Source: a virus
Lineage: Duplodnaviria; Caudoviricetes
DNA: 64,000 nucleotides
Strand: one strand, 5' to 3'
IMG/VR virus record: IMGVR_UViG_3300044253_000005
Coordinates: 4,568-68,567 of that record
Shown piece after piece: positions 35,612-45,731 of the stretch. A program made the position numbers and the translations under genes. Within the stretch, counting starts at the first letter, position 1. The number at the start of each line of letters is the position of its first letter. Under the pieces are notes generated by a model. The model did not search any database and was not told the origin of the DNA. It was given only the letters and a program-made list of their open reading frames with translations.

Positions 35612-37563
35612 TAGACCGAGCGCGTGACGATCGTGGGCGTCGTGCGCGAGTCCATCAGCGCATACTGACCACGATCGCGCACGCCTTCGTACCGGCCCAG
35701 TTCACGATCTTCGAGCTGGAAAATCTCGATCCGGTCGACGCTGAGCGTGCCGGCGGCCGAGAGCCAGGCGTGGATTTCCAGTGAGCTGCCGCTGGCAAGT
35801 TCGCCGAGCTCGACCCACGTGTAGGCTTCGCTCGACACGACTTGCGTGACGCCGGTCGTGGCGCCGCTCTTGGCGTAGATTTTGACTTTCGAGGCTAGGA
35901 CGCTCGACTTCACGCGAGCGAAGATGCGGAACTTGCCGATCGGTCCGACGGGCCACGCGGCCTGCGTGACGTGCGCGTTGGCATCCGTCGTGCGCGTGGC
36001 CGTCGCCGAGTTTTTGTTCGACGCCGCTGTGTCGACCGTGCTCGCCGTGCCGGTGCCGAGCGTCATCGACTCGGCCTCCAGCGCCTGCGCGGTGCCCAGC
36101 GGGAGAAAGCCGAGCGCGACCGAGACGTAGCCGGATGCTTCGGGGCCGCGGAAGGCGACCGAGTTGCGTGGCACGCCGTAGGCTTCGGTATCGCTGCTCA
36201 GGATCGCCTTCAGCGAGGCCTGCACGACAGAGAAGGTGACGCTCCGCGCAGCTCCCCAGCGGTTGAGGATCACCCAGTTCTCGCCAGTGAAGGTCGCAGC
36301 CCCGAGCGTCGCTTCTGCGAACTGCCCGGTGTGGCCGGTGCCCATCGCGGTCGAGACCACCGCGGCGGCCGCGTCCTGCTTGTAGGCCGAGGCGTCGGCG
36401 TCGGGCCCGGCCACCGTCCAGGCGAGCGCAGCGGCGCCCTTTTCGCCGTTCGGTTCGTTACCGGCGTAGACCTCGAAGCGTGGACCCGCCCAGCCTTGCT
36501 GCACGGTGATGAAGATTTCATCGCGGCCGGAGATCCCGGTTTTCACCACAGCTTGAATGACCGCGCGCGTCTCGCTGTATTCGACCAGCGACGCTGAGTA
36601 GAGTTCCTGGTCGGGCACTTCGCTTTCGCCGAGCATGTGCGCCACGGTCATCTTGCCTTGTTCTTCCCAGGCCGCGCCGGTCCAGAAGTCGACGATCCAA
36701 CCGGACTGGTGCGTGGGGTCCCAGCGCACGCGACAGCGCCCGTTTTCGAGCACGGGGCAGTCCATCGTGCCGCCGGTGTTGAGCCACGAATACGGGTAGT
36801 CGGGACCGTAGAACTCCTCCCAGGCCGTGCCGGGCCCGGTCGTCGGCCCGGTCATCTGCCCGCGGCGGTCGTAGGCGACCACCTGGCCCTTGTTGCGGTT
36901 GGCCTCGCTCTGCTCGTAGGAGATCCGCGAGAGATCCTGCACGCCCTGTACGAGGGTCACAAACGAGCCGTCGGCGCCGCCGCTGACGGTCGAGGTCAAG
37001 GGCGATGTGACCGCGCCCGTGGAGAGCACGTCTTCGATCGAGGGGGGCAGGTAGGTGAGCGACAGCGCCGTCATCACCGAGAAGTTGGTGCTGAAGATCA
37101 CGCGGCGGTAGTCGCGCGGCCATAGGCCGCCGCGCAGGTCCTTGATCGAGCAGGCCATCGCGCGCCGGTGCGTGCGGCGCTTGCCGGCGAGCACAAAGGC
37201 GACGCCCTCGACCTTGAAGATGCCGGTCGCGAGGGCCTCGCTCTGGCCGGCGAGATCCGTGAATGAGGCCTGGTCGGGCATGTACCAGCCCGAGTTCTCG
37301 ATGTCTTCGCCCAGGGCCAGGTAGTAGGCGCAGAGCTTGAAGGGCGTGTTGTTGAGAAGCGAGCGGAGCTGGCGACGCAAGCGCAGCCGCTGTTCGACCG
37401 ATTCCGAGGTCACGGTCGACTGGAGCGTGGAGAGACTTATGCTCGGCTTCAGCGCGGCGCGCGTCGCCGGCACCGGCGCGCCACCCTGGTTGGTCACGGG
37501 ATCTCCGACCTGCTCGCTGAAGGCCAGCGGATCGCCGAGTGAGAGCCGGTAGAGCGTGAGCAT
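35611..37563 (-). CDS. Minor (distal) tail protein with a C-terminal CBM-like domain
   Basis: Directly after the TMP; LEAES...GKFRIFARV...YTWVEL..LSVDRIE jelly-roll pattern. Confidence 0.65.
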   Translation of the reverse strand: MLTLYRLSLGDPLAFSEQVGDPVTNQGGAPVPATRAALKPSISLSTLQSTVTSESVEQRLRLRRQLRSLLNNTPFKLCAYYLALGEDIENSGWYMPDQASFTDLAGQSEALATGIFKVEGVAFVLAGKRRTHRRAMACSIKDLRGGLWPRDYRRVIFSTNFSVMTALSLTYLPPSIEDVLSTGAVTSPLTSTVSGGADGSFVTLVQGVQDLSRISYEQSEANRNKGQVVAYDRRGQMTGPTTGPGTAWEEFYGPDYPYSWLNTGGTMDCPVLENGRCRVRWDPTHQSGWIVDFWTGAAWEEQGKMTVAHMLGESEVPDQELYSASLVEYSETRAVIQAVVKTGISGRDEIFITVQQGWAGPRFEVYAGNEPNGEKGAAALAWTVAGPDADASAYKQDAAAAVVSTAMGTGHTGQFAEATLGAATFTGENWVILNRWGAARSVTFSVVQASLKAILSSDTEAYGVPRNSVAFRGPEASGYVSVALGFLPLGTAQALEAESMTLGTGTASTVDTAASNKNSATATRTTDANAHVTQAAWPVGPIGKFRIFARVKSSVLASKVKIYAKSGATTGVTQVVSSEAYTWVELGELASGSSLEIHAWLSAAGTLSVDRIEIFQLEDRELGRYEGVRDRGQYALMDSRTTPTIVTRSV

Positions 37564-37564
37564 T

Positions 37565-40500
37565 TCAGACCCCCGTCATGATGTTCGCGCCGCTGTTGGA
37601 GGACTGCCCGCCGGCGATGTACTGCTGGCCTTGGAACTCGAATCCGACGGTGCCGCCGTAGGCTTTCGTTTGCGCTTCCGTCGCTTCGGTCAGCTTCTTC
37701 GTCGCTTTGGTTTGGTCGTAGATTTCGCTTTCGAGATCGTTAATCGCGCCGGCCAACCCGTCGATCGCATTTTCCATGTTGGTGCGGTCGGGGCCCGACA
37801 GCCCGCCGAGCTGGCTCTGGTCGTAGGCCATCTGCGCCTGGTCGCTGGCGATCTGCTGCTGGCGCGCCGCGGTGAAGGCGGCGAGATCGCTCTGCGCCTG
37901 GGCGATCTGTTCGGGGTTGAGTACGCCTTCCTGTTCACTCTTTTTTTCTTCGAGCCCGGAGAAGTCCTTGCCTTCGCGGTGCAACTTGCCTTCGGCCAGG
38001 CTGGCGACCGACTGCAAGTGCGAGCTGATGTGTTCGTAGCCTTCGGTCGCCGCCTGGATGGTGTTGAGCAGCGTTTCTTTGAGTTTGTTCGCGGCGTCTT
38101 CGCGCGCTTCTTCTTCCTGCTTGAGCGCTTCGGCGACGGCCTGTTTGTATTCGATGTCGGCCTGTGCGGCGTTCGACTGGGCTTCGGCTTGGCTGATCGC
38201 GACTTCTTCGAGCTGGGCCTTCAATTCCTGGGCCTCGTCGCGCACCTGCTTTGCCATTTTGTGCAGGCGATCTTTGGCGTGCTTGCTGTGAGCGCGGGAG
38301 GCCTTGCGCAGCAGGGCCTGTTCGCGCGCTTCGGTTTTCTTAATCAGGTCGTTGAGGCGGTGCGCCTCCTTCCCCATTTCCGCGATCGCCGCGGCCGCGG
38401 CTGCGGCCTGCTCCTGGGCGAGTTTGGGATCGGCGGTCGCGCTGCCGAGTTTGGCCGCGGGGTTGATGTTGAGCAGCCGCTGGTTTGCCAGGTTGACGCG
38501 CAGGTTCGCGCGCACCTGTGCGCCGCTCGTCGCTTTCGAGAGCGTGCTCTGGATCGCGCCGCTCCAGTTGGCGATCGCCTTCTGCGCGGACTTCTCCAGC
38601 GACAGCTCGATCGCGTGTAGCCCCTGCTGGTTGGCTTTGCCGATCAGCCCCGAGAGTTTGCTCAGCGCCTGCGCGGCGGCCGTGCCCGCCTGGCCGGGTG
38701 GCACGGCTTCGCTCAGCTTCAGAAACCGCGATCCGGTCGTTTTGAGCGTCGTTTCCACGTCCTTGCGCAGGCCGGAGACCAACAGCTTGTTGTTGCTGAT
38801 CTTCGCGTCGTGGATCAGCTTCTGGAGCTGCCCGAGCGCTTCGTTGCCGGCCGCACCGGCCTGTTCTTCGGGGGCCTTTTTCAGCACGGCCATCACCGTT
38901 TTGCCGGCGGCCGTGATCGAGGCTTTCGCCAGGTCGTGCGTGTGCGTGCCGTGCTGGCGCTGGGCCTCGCGCGCGGCCGCGCCGGCGAGGCGTGTGGCGA
39001 CGCCAGCGCCGGCGTCGCTCTCGCCGATCACTTTGCTGATCGCGGCGATGACCTTCTTCCACAGCGCAGCGCTCAGCTTGCCGGCGTCCTTCTCGATGTC
39101 GATCGAGCCGGCGAACTTGCTGTCGCTGATCGTGCCTGCCGAGATCCCGCCGAGCGTGACCGGGTCGATGTGCGCGCCGCCGTGGCGTTTGGCCTTGTCG
39201 TGCGCGGCCTTCGCGTTCTGCGCGCGGATACGGCGCCACTGAGCGGCCGTGTGCGTTTCGATCGTGTCGGTCTGCGGGTTGTAGGCTTCCGTCGCTTTTT
39301 CAGGTTTGCCCGGCGCTTCTTCGATGATGCCTTCGCCGATTTCCCCGCTCGTGGCAGCGTGCGGGACGAAGTGCGCGGTCTCGGGCCCGTTCTCGCCGAA
39401 CAGCGCCAGCGTCGGCTGATTGGCCGTCACAGAGCCGCCCTTGGCGAAGGCGCCGGCGAAGCGAGCTCCGAGTGCAGCTTTGGCCCAGGAGACGTTCTCA
39501 AGGCCCGGAGCACCCAGCGCGCGCGCAGCGCCGTAGGTCAAGTCGATCGCGCGCACGTGGCCGTCGAGGCCGGAGCCGCCGGCGCCCACGTCGACCTTCG
39601 GGACTTCGATCGTGCGGCCGTTGTAGCCGACCTTGATCCGCGTGCCCATCGGCAGGCCCCCGAGCGCGGAGAAGTTGAGCGAGCCCGGCGGGTTGGAGAG
39701 CTCGGCGAAGCCCATCAGCGAGTCGTTGGCGATCGCGCCGGAGGCCGTCGAGTGCTGGAAGGCGCTCGGGTCGTTGTGGCCGCCGAATTCGGAGGCGGTG
39801 ACGATCGCGCCATCCTTCAGCGGCTGACCCGTGCCGCCGGCGCCGCCCATCCCAGCCGCGGCCGCGCGGGCGAGGCGCCTGTTGGCCGCGGCGGTCGCTT
39901 TGCGAAGCGCCGCGCGGCCAGCCTTGCCGAGCAGGCCGCCAGGCCCCTTCCACGGCGGGACCTTCAGCGAGTCGAAGCCGATGCCGGTCGTGTCGGCCCC
40001 CGGATCTGGCAAGTGGATCTGGTTGAAGTGCGCCAGGTAGCTTGAGTCGGGAGTCTGGTCGAACCATCCCGCGCCGCCGTTGTCCTTCGAGCGTGCAAAG
40101 CCGCTCGTGCCGGCGTAGGCCTCGCCCACCCGCATGAAGGTGTGGGTGGGGTTGTAGAAGATCGTGACCTGGCCGGGCCCGCTCGGGAAGCCCCAGCCGC
40201 CCATGTTGCCGGAGGTCGTCGTGGGCACCTTGTAGCCGGCCTGCTGCACGGCGTAGGAAACGAAGCCCGAGCAGTCGAAGGGCTCGAAGTGCGCGGGCTG
40301 CTCGTGACCGCCGCCGAGCCGGTAGGGCATGTTGGCCGAGCTGACGCGGTTGATCGCACCGACCAGGCGATCGTAATGGGAGAGCTTGCCGCCGGTCGCA
40401 TACATGGGCGCCGAGTGCGGCCGCGTCTCGCCGGTGACCTCGTGGCCGAGGCTCGTGCCGTAGGGCGCGAGCATCGTGTCGATACGCGCCTCGGTGTGAC

Positions 40501-43500
40501 GGTTGGCGACAAGCAGCTCGCCGGGCGCCACGACCCCGCGCACGCCGCCGTGGCGCCCGAGCACGGGCACCGTGTCGAACAGCCCCGCGCCCGGCACGCG
40601 CCCGCCGGTGGCGAACAGGTTGTGGATACCCGACGCGGCCGCGCTGGCGGTCGAGCCGGCGAGCGTCACCAGCTCCTTCGTCATGGCGCGCGTGATGAGC
40701 GTGTCGCCTTCTTCGGTGGAGACCAGGCCGTGGTGCATCGCGGAGCGGATCGAGGCGACCAGGGCGGTCATCCCCTTGCCGTATTCGGTGGCGCCCTTCA
40801 GGCCGGCCTGCTGGAAGTGCTGAGCGAGTTCGGTCGTCCACGCGCTCATGAGGCCTTTGGTGTTCTTCTTCATCGCGTCGAGCTCGTGTTCGGCGGCCTG
40901 GCGCACGGCGGGCATCTTGCTGCGGGTCTCTTTCTCCAGGTAGGCGAGCGTGGTGTGCCACGCGCCCTGCACGGTGCCCCCGTCTTTGGCGAGTAGCGGG
41001 CCGAGGCCCTGGAAGGTGTGGCTCGCTTCTTCGACGGTTTTTTTCGCGGCTTCGGTCACTTCCTTGTTTTCGATCGTCTTGGCGAGTTCCTTCGTGCTCG
41101 ACATGCCGACGCGCCGCAGGTAGCTGGCGTACTCCGGCCACTTCTTCTCGATGTTCGCGATCATGTTTTCCGTTGCGCCTTTGGGCAGCTTGCCCTGCGA
41201 TTCCATCCCGGCGGTCCAGGCGACGATCGACTTGATCCCGGCGCTGCGCGAGCGCGCCGGGACCTCGCCGAGCAGCTTGTCCATTTCGCCGGTGATCTTC
41301 TTCAGGTCGGGCACCTTGAATCCCGCGGCCTTGTGCTCGATCGAGGCGGCGATCGCCGAGCCGCCGGCGTAGGCCTCGGCGTTGGAGATCGTCACGCGCG
41401 GTTTCACCATCGGGCCGCGGCCGCGGCCGCCGGCGCCGGTCGACGTGGCGCCGCCGCGGCGCTGCTGTTCGTAGTTGTGCTGCGCGTCGAAGGAGTCCTT
41501 GATCGCTTTCTGTGCCGCCGGCGTCATGCCCTTGCCCAGGTGTTCGGCGATCTGCTGGCCGAAGCTCGGCTTTTCCGTGGCGACTTTGATCCCACCGACG
41601 AGCGCGCCGACGGCAGCACCGGCGAGGGTGCCCTCCGGCCCGATCAGCGAGCCGACGCCTGCGCCGGTCGCAGCGTCGCCACCGATCGTCGAGATCGCGT
41701 GACCCGTCTTGCCGCCCACGACGGTGCCGGCGATGTTGGCGACCGCGTTACCGCCGAGCGCGATCATGCCGCCCTTCAGCCCGCGGCCGAGCAGCTCGCG
41801 CGCTTTCGAGGCCAGGCTGATCGCGCCGGCGCCGGCGGCGCCCTCGGCGAGCGGGACGGCGTCGCCTCCGGCCGTCTTCAGCGCGTCCTTCTCGGCCGTC
41901 TTCGCCGCACTTCCTGGCGCGCCGAGCGGCGTGGCGCCGCTCGGGTCCATCACCATGACCGCGATCGGGTTGATCTTCGAGCCCGGCGCCTCCGGGCCGT
42001 TGAAGCCTTGGATCGAGCTGAGCACGTCGGGCACGCCACCAGTGCCGCCGCCGACCGGCGAGCCCGCGCCACCGCTCCCGTGCGTTTTCAGCTTCTCGAT
42101 CAGCAGCGCGGCGCCGGCGAGCTTGGACATCATCGAAGCGACCGGGCCCGCCACGGCGACGACGCCGGCGAACAGCTCGATCAGGTGTTTGGTCGAGGAG
42201 GGCAGCGCCTCGAAGCGTTCGGCCACATGCTGGGTGTCTTCGGCGAGCGTCGTCAGCACGCCGAGCACGGGTGGTCCGACCGACTGCCCGAGCGAGGTCA
42301 TCGCGGCCGAGAAGGAGGCCTTGACGTGGTCGTAGTGCGCCATGCTCGTTTTCTCCCAGACCTCGTTGGCGCCCATCAGGCGGTGGATCGCCTGCTCGCC
42401 TTCGGGCAGCCTGCTGTAGGCCTTGCGCAGGTCGCCGAGGTTCTGCGTCAGCGTGAGGATGCCCGTCGACTGACGACCGCCGCCGAAGGCCTCCGAGAGC
42501 ACGCGCGCCTGTTCGACCGCCGCGCTGCCGCCGTGGGCGAGAACCTCGGCGTATTGCTTTTGATCTTTTTCGAGGGCTTTGCCAGAGACGCCAGTTTCCT
42601 TGAGCGCCTTCGTATAGATTTCAAGCTCGTGGCGACGTTCGGCTAGTCCGAGTGGTTTGCCCCCATGCGCGGGGAACGTGTCGTCCAGGTGCTTCTTCAG
42701 TTCTTCGATCGCCGGCACGATGCCGCCGTGGCGCAGCTTTTCAGCGAGATCGCTGGCCGACAGGCCGATCGTCTCGAAGGCCGCCCTGCCGGCCGAGGTC
42801 GGCGAAGCCAGCAGGTGGAAGGACATCCCCAGGCGTGTCGCGGCCATGTTGGCGTTGATCCCGCGGCCGGTCATCACATCGAGCGCAGCGCCCACGTCGC
42901 GCAAGCCCAGGCCGAAGTTCTGCGCCTGCGGCAGCACTTTGCCGAGCGAGGCCACCAGTTCTTCCATGTGGACGTTGCCGCCGCCGACGATCTCGTTGAG
43001 CAACCCCATGTCGCCGATCGCCGCGCTCGCCGGCTGGTGCAGCGACTTCATGACGATCACCAGGCCGTTGACGGTCGTGTCGAAGTCCGAGGCGCCGATG
43101 TTCGCGCCGATCGACGCCGCCTCCAGCACTTTCATCGCGGCGGCCGCGGGCACGCCCACCGAGGCGACGTGGTAGAGCCCGTCGGCAAGTTCGGTCGGCG
43201 TGCGACGCATCGCCGGCGCGGCCTTGAGCACCGTGCCTTCGAGCATCTTTACGTCCTTCATGCCGTAACCCGCCTGGGTGTGCAGGCGCGACATCGCCGC
43301 CTCGAAGTCCATGCTCATTTTGATCGAGAGGCCGCCGACGGCGAGCAGCGGCAGAGAGACCATGTTCATCGAGCCGGCAAACTCGTGAGTGCCTTTCTTC
43401 ACCTTTTCGAGCGCTTTGCCGTGTTCGCTGAGCTGGTGGGTGTGTTTGCCGAGCGCAGCGCCAGCCGCGCCGGCAGCGCCGGCGCTCGCGCGCGATGCGC

Positions 43501-43888
43501 CCGCTTGAGCGCTCGTGGCGCTCTCGTCGGCCTTGGCCGCTGCGGTGTGAGCCCGCGTCGAGCCTGTGGCCTTCTCTGTGGCGCTGGCGGACTCCTGGCT
43601 GGCGGTAGCATTGCCACGTTGCGCGGTGGCCGACCGCTCAGCCGCCGAGGCGCTCGCGTCGAGAGCCTCGGCGGCGCCCTTCTGCGAGCTCGCAACACGG
43701 GCGCCGGCGGTATCTGCCGCGGCGCCCGTCTTGGCGAGCTGCGCTTCCATCGTGCGGAGCTGCCCGGCGATCCGATCCGCCGTCACGCCGAGCTGAGTGA
43801 AGTCGGTGGACAGCGTCTTGAGCTGGCTCGCGCCGTGCTGCTGAATGTCGATCAGGAAGCTGAGAACCTCCTGGCTGAGCCCGTCCAC
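37565..43888 (-). CDS. Tape measure protein (TP901-like core) with NlpC/P60 and DPBB domains
   Basis: 2107 aa Ala/Gly-rich; MDFEAAMSRL core; FDCSGFVSYA (NlpC/P60); LPMGTRIKVGYNGRTI..PKVDVG..RAIDLTYGAARALG (RlpA-like DPBB). Confidence 0.93.
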   Translation of the reverse strand: MDGLSQEVLSFLIDIQQHGASQLKTLSTDFTQLGVTADRIAGQLRTMEAQLAKTGAAADTAGARVASSQKGAAEALDASASAAERSATAQRGNATASQESASATEKATGSTRAHTAAAKADESATSAQAGASRASAGAAGAAGAALGKHTHQLSEHGKALEKVKKGTHEFAGSMNMVSLPLLAVGGLSIKMSMDFEAAMSRLHTQAGYGMKDVKMLEGTVLKAAPAMRRTPTELADGLYHVASVGVPAAAAMKVLEAASIGANIGASDFDTTVNGLVIVMKSLHQPASAAIGDMGLLNEIVGGGNVHMEELVASLGKVLPQAQNFGLGLRDVGAALDVMTGRGINANMAATRLGMSFHLLASPTSAGRAAFETIGLSASDLAEKLRHGGIVPAIEELKKHLDDTFPAHGGKPLGLAERRHELEIYTKALKETGVSGKALEKDQKQYAEVLAHGGSAAVEQARVLSEAFGGGRQSTGILTLTQNLGDLRKAYSRLPEGEQAIHRLMGANEVWEKTSMAHYDHVKASFSAAMTSLGQSVGPPVLGVLTTLAEDTQHVAERFEALPSSTKHLIELFAGVVAVAGPVASMMSKLAGAALLIEKLKTHGSGGAGSPVGGGTGGVPDVLSSIQGFNGPEAPGSKINPIAVMVMDPSGATPLGAPGSAAKTAEKDALKTAGGDAVPLAEGAAGAGAISLASKARELLGRGLKGGMIALGGNAVANIAGTVVGGKTGHAISTIGGDAATGAGVGSLIGPEGTLAGAAVGALVGGIKVATEKPSFGQQIAEHLGKGMTPAAQKAIKDSFDAQHNYEQQRRGGATSTGAGGRGRGPMVKPRVTISNAEAYAGGSAIAASIEHKAAGFKVPDLKKITGEMDKLLGEVPARSRSAGIKSIVAWTAGMESQGKLPKGATENMIANIEKKWPEYASYLRRVGMSSTKELAKTIENKEVTEAAKKTVEEASHTFQGLGPLLAKDGGTVQGAWHTTLAYLEKETRSKMPAVRQAAEHELDAMKKNTKGLMSAWTTELAQHFQQAGLKGATEYGKGMTALVASIRSAMHHGLVSTEEGDTLITRAMTKELVTLAGSTASAAASGIHNLFATGGRVPGAGLFDTVPVLGRHGGVRGVVAPGELLVANRHTEARIDTMLAPYGTSLGHEVTGETRPHSAPMYATGGKLSHYDRLVGAINRVSSANMPYRLGGGHEQPAHFEPFDCSGFVSYAVQQAGYKVPTTTSGNMGGWGFPSGPGQVTIFYNPTHTFMRVGEAYAGTSGFARSKDNGGAGWFDQTPDSSYLAHFNQIHLPDPGADTTGIGFDSLKVPPWKGPGGLLGKAGRAALRKATAAANRRLARAAAAGMGGAGGTGQPLKDGAIVTASEFGGHNDPSAFQHSTASGAIANDSLMGFAELSNPPGSLNFSALGGLPMGTRIKVGYNGRTIEVPKVDVGAGGSGLDGHVRAIDLTYGAARALGAPGLENVSWAKAALGARFAGAFAKGGSVTANQPTLALFGENGPETAHFVPHAATSGEIGEGIIEEAPGKPEKATEAYNPQTDTIETHTAAQWRRIRAQNAKAAHDKAKRHGGAHIDPVTLGGISAGTISDSKFAGSIDIEKDAGKLSAALWKKVIAAISKVIGESDAGAGVATRLAGAAAREAQRQHGTHTHDLAKASITAAGKTVMAVLKKAPEEQAGAAGNEALGQLQKLIHDAKISNNKLLVSGLRKDVETTLKTTGSRFLKLSEAVPPGQAGTAAAQALSKLSGLIGKANQQGLHAIELSLEKSAQKAIANWSGAIQSTLSKATSGAQVRANLRVNLANQRLLNINPAAKLGSATADPKLAQEQAAAAAAAIAEMGKEAHRLNDLIKKTEAREQALLRKASRAHSKHAKDRLHKMAKQVRDEAQELKAQLEEVAISQAEAQSNAAQADIEYKQAVAEALKQEEEAREDAANKLKETLLNTIQAATEGYEHISSHLQSVASLAEGKLHREGKDFSGLEEKKSEQEGVLNPEQIAQAQSDLAAFTAARQQQIASDQAQMAYDQSQLGGLSGPDRTNMENAIDGLAGAINDLESEIYDQTKATKKLTEATEAQTKAYGGTVGFEFQGQQYIAGGQSSNSGANIMTGV

Positions 43889-43896
43889 CTAGTCTC

Positions 43897-44546
43897 CTAT
43901 ACGTGCCGCACTGAGTTCTCTTGCCGTTCTTTTTCTCGCTGCAACTTGCGCGTTTCCGCTTCGCCTGCTCGGAAGGCCAGCCACAGCGCGAGCACGTCGA
44001 TCGGCATCTGCTGAAGGTCGTGCCAGCTCGTGCCGCCCATGTCGCGGCACAGGCAGTAGTCGGCCCACGCGGGCAGGATTACTCGTCGCTCGACCTCGGT
44101 GAGGGCTTCGAGCTTGACCGGGGTGCCGCGGGTGAGGTAGTGCGCGAGCCTTTGCGCCTCGACGGCGATCTCCCGTTTCCCTCGACCCTCCCGCGGCCCT
44201 TGGCGAGCGCGTCGGTCACGCATTTGTCGACCCACTTGCCCGACTCGCTGGTGAGCTGGTCGTAGTCGGCTGCGGTGGGCTTGTCGTCGCTCAGCGACCA
44301 CTCGACCACGAGCAGCTCGAACAGCGTGCGGTTGATCGCGCGCGAGTTGGTGCGCAGCTCGACGCCGGCGTCGGCTTCGGCGGGCCCGTCGGCTAGCCCG
44401 AAGGCCGCGGCCGGCAGCCGATAGTGCGAGTTGAGATCGTTGACGGTGTCCTGGATCTCCTTCGTGATCTGCGTGCGCAACGTGATCCACGAGGACCCGT
44501 CACGGAACGTCTCGACCTTCGAGGTATCTGCGAGCTTGAGCGGCAT
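43897..44546 (-). CDS. Tail assembly chaperone GT, long -1 frameshift product
   Basis: A -1 shift at GGGAAAC continues as GKREIAVEAQRLAHYL... to the stop at 43897, just before the TMP. Confidence 0.8.
44079..44546 (-). CDS. Tail assembly chaperone G
   Basis: Between the major tail and TMP genes; SD GGGGAGG before the ATG at 44546. Confidence 0.8.
   Translation of the reverse strand: MPLKLADTSKVETFRDGSSWITLRTQITKEIQDTVNDLNSHYRLPAAAFGLADGPAEADAGVELRTNSRAINRTLFELLVVEWSLSDDKPTAADYDQLTSESGKWVDKCVTDALAKGRGRVEGNGRSPSRRKGSRTTSPAAPRSSSKPSPRSSDE
44175..44181 (-). other. Programmed -1 ribosomal frameshift heptamer G GGA AAC
   Basis: X XXY YYZ slippery sequence in the canonical lambda G/GT position. 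Confidence 0.85.
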
Positions 44547-44577
44547 ATGGGGACCTCCCCGGTTGATGAACCGGCGG

Positions 44578-44588
44578 ATCGTAGACCC
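44578..44588 (-). promoter_or_regulatory. Putative late promoter GGGTC-TACGAT
   Basis: Same motif; upstream of the chaperone SD. Confidence 0.6.
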
Positions 44589-44628
44589 CGGCGCGGCGCT
44601 CAACGGCGCCGCGCCAGCCGCTCAGGCG

Positions 44629-45702
44629 CTAGGCGTAGGCTTCTTTGGTGGCGTTTTTGACGAAGACTTTGACGATCGCCGATTCTTCGCCGAGCACCGT
44701 CGACCAGGTGATCTGCTGGTTGAGCACGTCGCTGGCCGACTGGAGGTTGTACTGCCCCATCGGCCGCAGGCGCGGCAGCGAGAATTCGAGTTCGTTTTTG
44801 CCGGACGCGCCGGCGACTTCCGTTTCGCCGTTGCCGAAGCCGACGCCGACCAGGTAGGCCGTGATGTACTTGAGCACGAACGCCGGCGTGCCGCCGCCGC
44901 CCTTCCAGTTGCCTTCGATCCAGTCGCGGTACATGGTCGCGTTGAGGAAATCGAGGGTCGTCTGAAACTGGACCTCGCGCCGGGTCGGCACCAGGCGTGC
45001 GACGTAGAGCTGTTTGTTGGCCTCGAACACGCGCTGCACGTGGTTCATCAGCGTGAGCGTGTAGTCCTGGAGTTCCTGCACTTCGGCGCCGGAGTAGGTC
45101 GCCGTCAGCAGCGAGTGGTCGATCGGCTGCTGGAAGTTCATTTTGGGCGTCGCCAGCGACGGTTTGCCTTCGTTCGGCGACGCCGGCGTTTCCTCTTTCT
45201 GACCGAGGAAGGTGAACTCGGCGGTCGCGAGCGCCTGCTGGGTGCCGCGGAGTACGACCTGGTCGACGTTGCAGCCGACGAGTCGCCGTGCCAGCACCTG
45301 CGACGTGACATCGTGGTCGACCTCCAGCGAGTAGGAGGGCACGACGTTCTGCGGCACGCCGGTGTGGGTGAAGCCCGGTTTTTCCGTGCCGCCCGCCGTG
45401 TCGGACCCGGTGCCGAGCCAGCCGAAGATCAGCGCCGGCACGATCTCGGGGATCAGCTCGGTGGTGACCGTGGCGCCCACTTCGACGCCGACGAGCGCGT
45501 CGACGACGTAGTCACGAAGCCCGCGCGACTGGTCCGGTCGGGCGACCTTCGTGGTCGAGTTGATCGTCGCCAGGCCGGGGATGAAGCCGGTGCGCGCGGC
45601 CGCCGTGCCGCCCGTCGATTTCTTGTTTTCTTTGGGCGCGGTGAACGTGCCGTAAACGGTCTCCTGGGCGAAACCGATGACCTCTGCGCTCTGGACGGGC
45701 AT
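44629..45702 (-). CDS. Major tail (tube) protein
   Basis: IGFAQETVYGT start, beta-rich; position upstream of the chaperones and TMP. Confidence 0.85.
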   Translation of the reverse strand: MPVQSAEVIGFAQETVYGTFTAPKENKKSTGGTAAARTGFIPGLATINSTTKVARPDQSRGLRDYVVDALVGVEVGATVTTELIPEIVPALIFGWLGTGSDTAGGTEKPGFTHTGVPQNVVPSYSLEVDHDVTSQVLARRLVGCNVDQVVLRGTQQALATAEFTFLGQKEETPASPNEGKPSLATPKMNFQQPIDHSLLTATYSGAEVQELQDYTLTLMNHVQRVFEANKQLYVARLVPTRREVQFQTTLDFLNATMYRDWIEGNWKGGGGTPAFVLKYITAYLVGVGFGNGETEVAGASGKNELEFSLPRLRPMGQYNLQSASDVLNQQITWSTVLGEESAIVKVFVKNATKEAYA

Positions 45703-45731
45703 GTGTGCTCCTTACGTTCTGGGGTCGGGGC

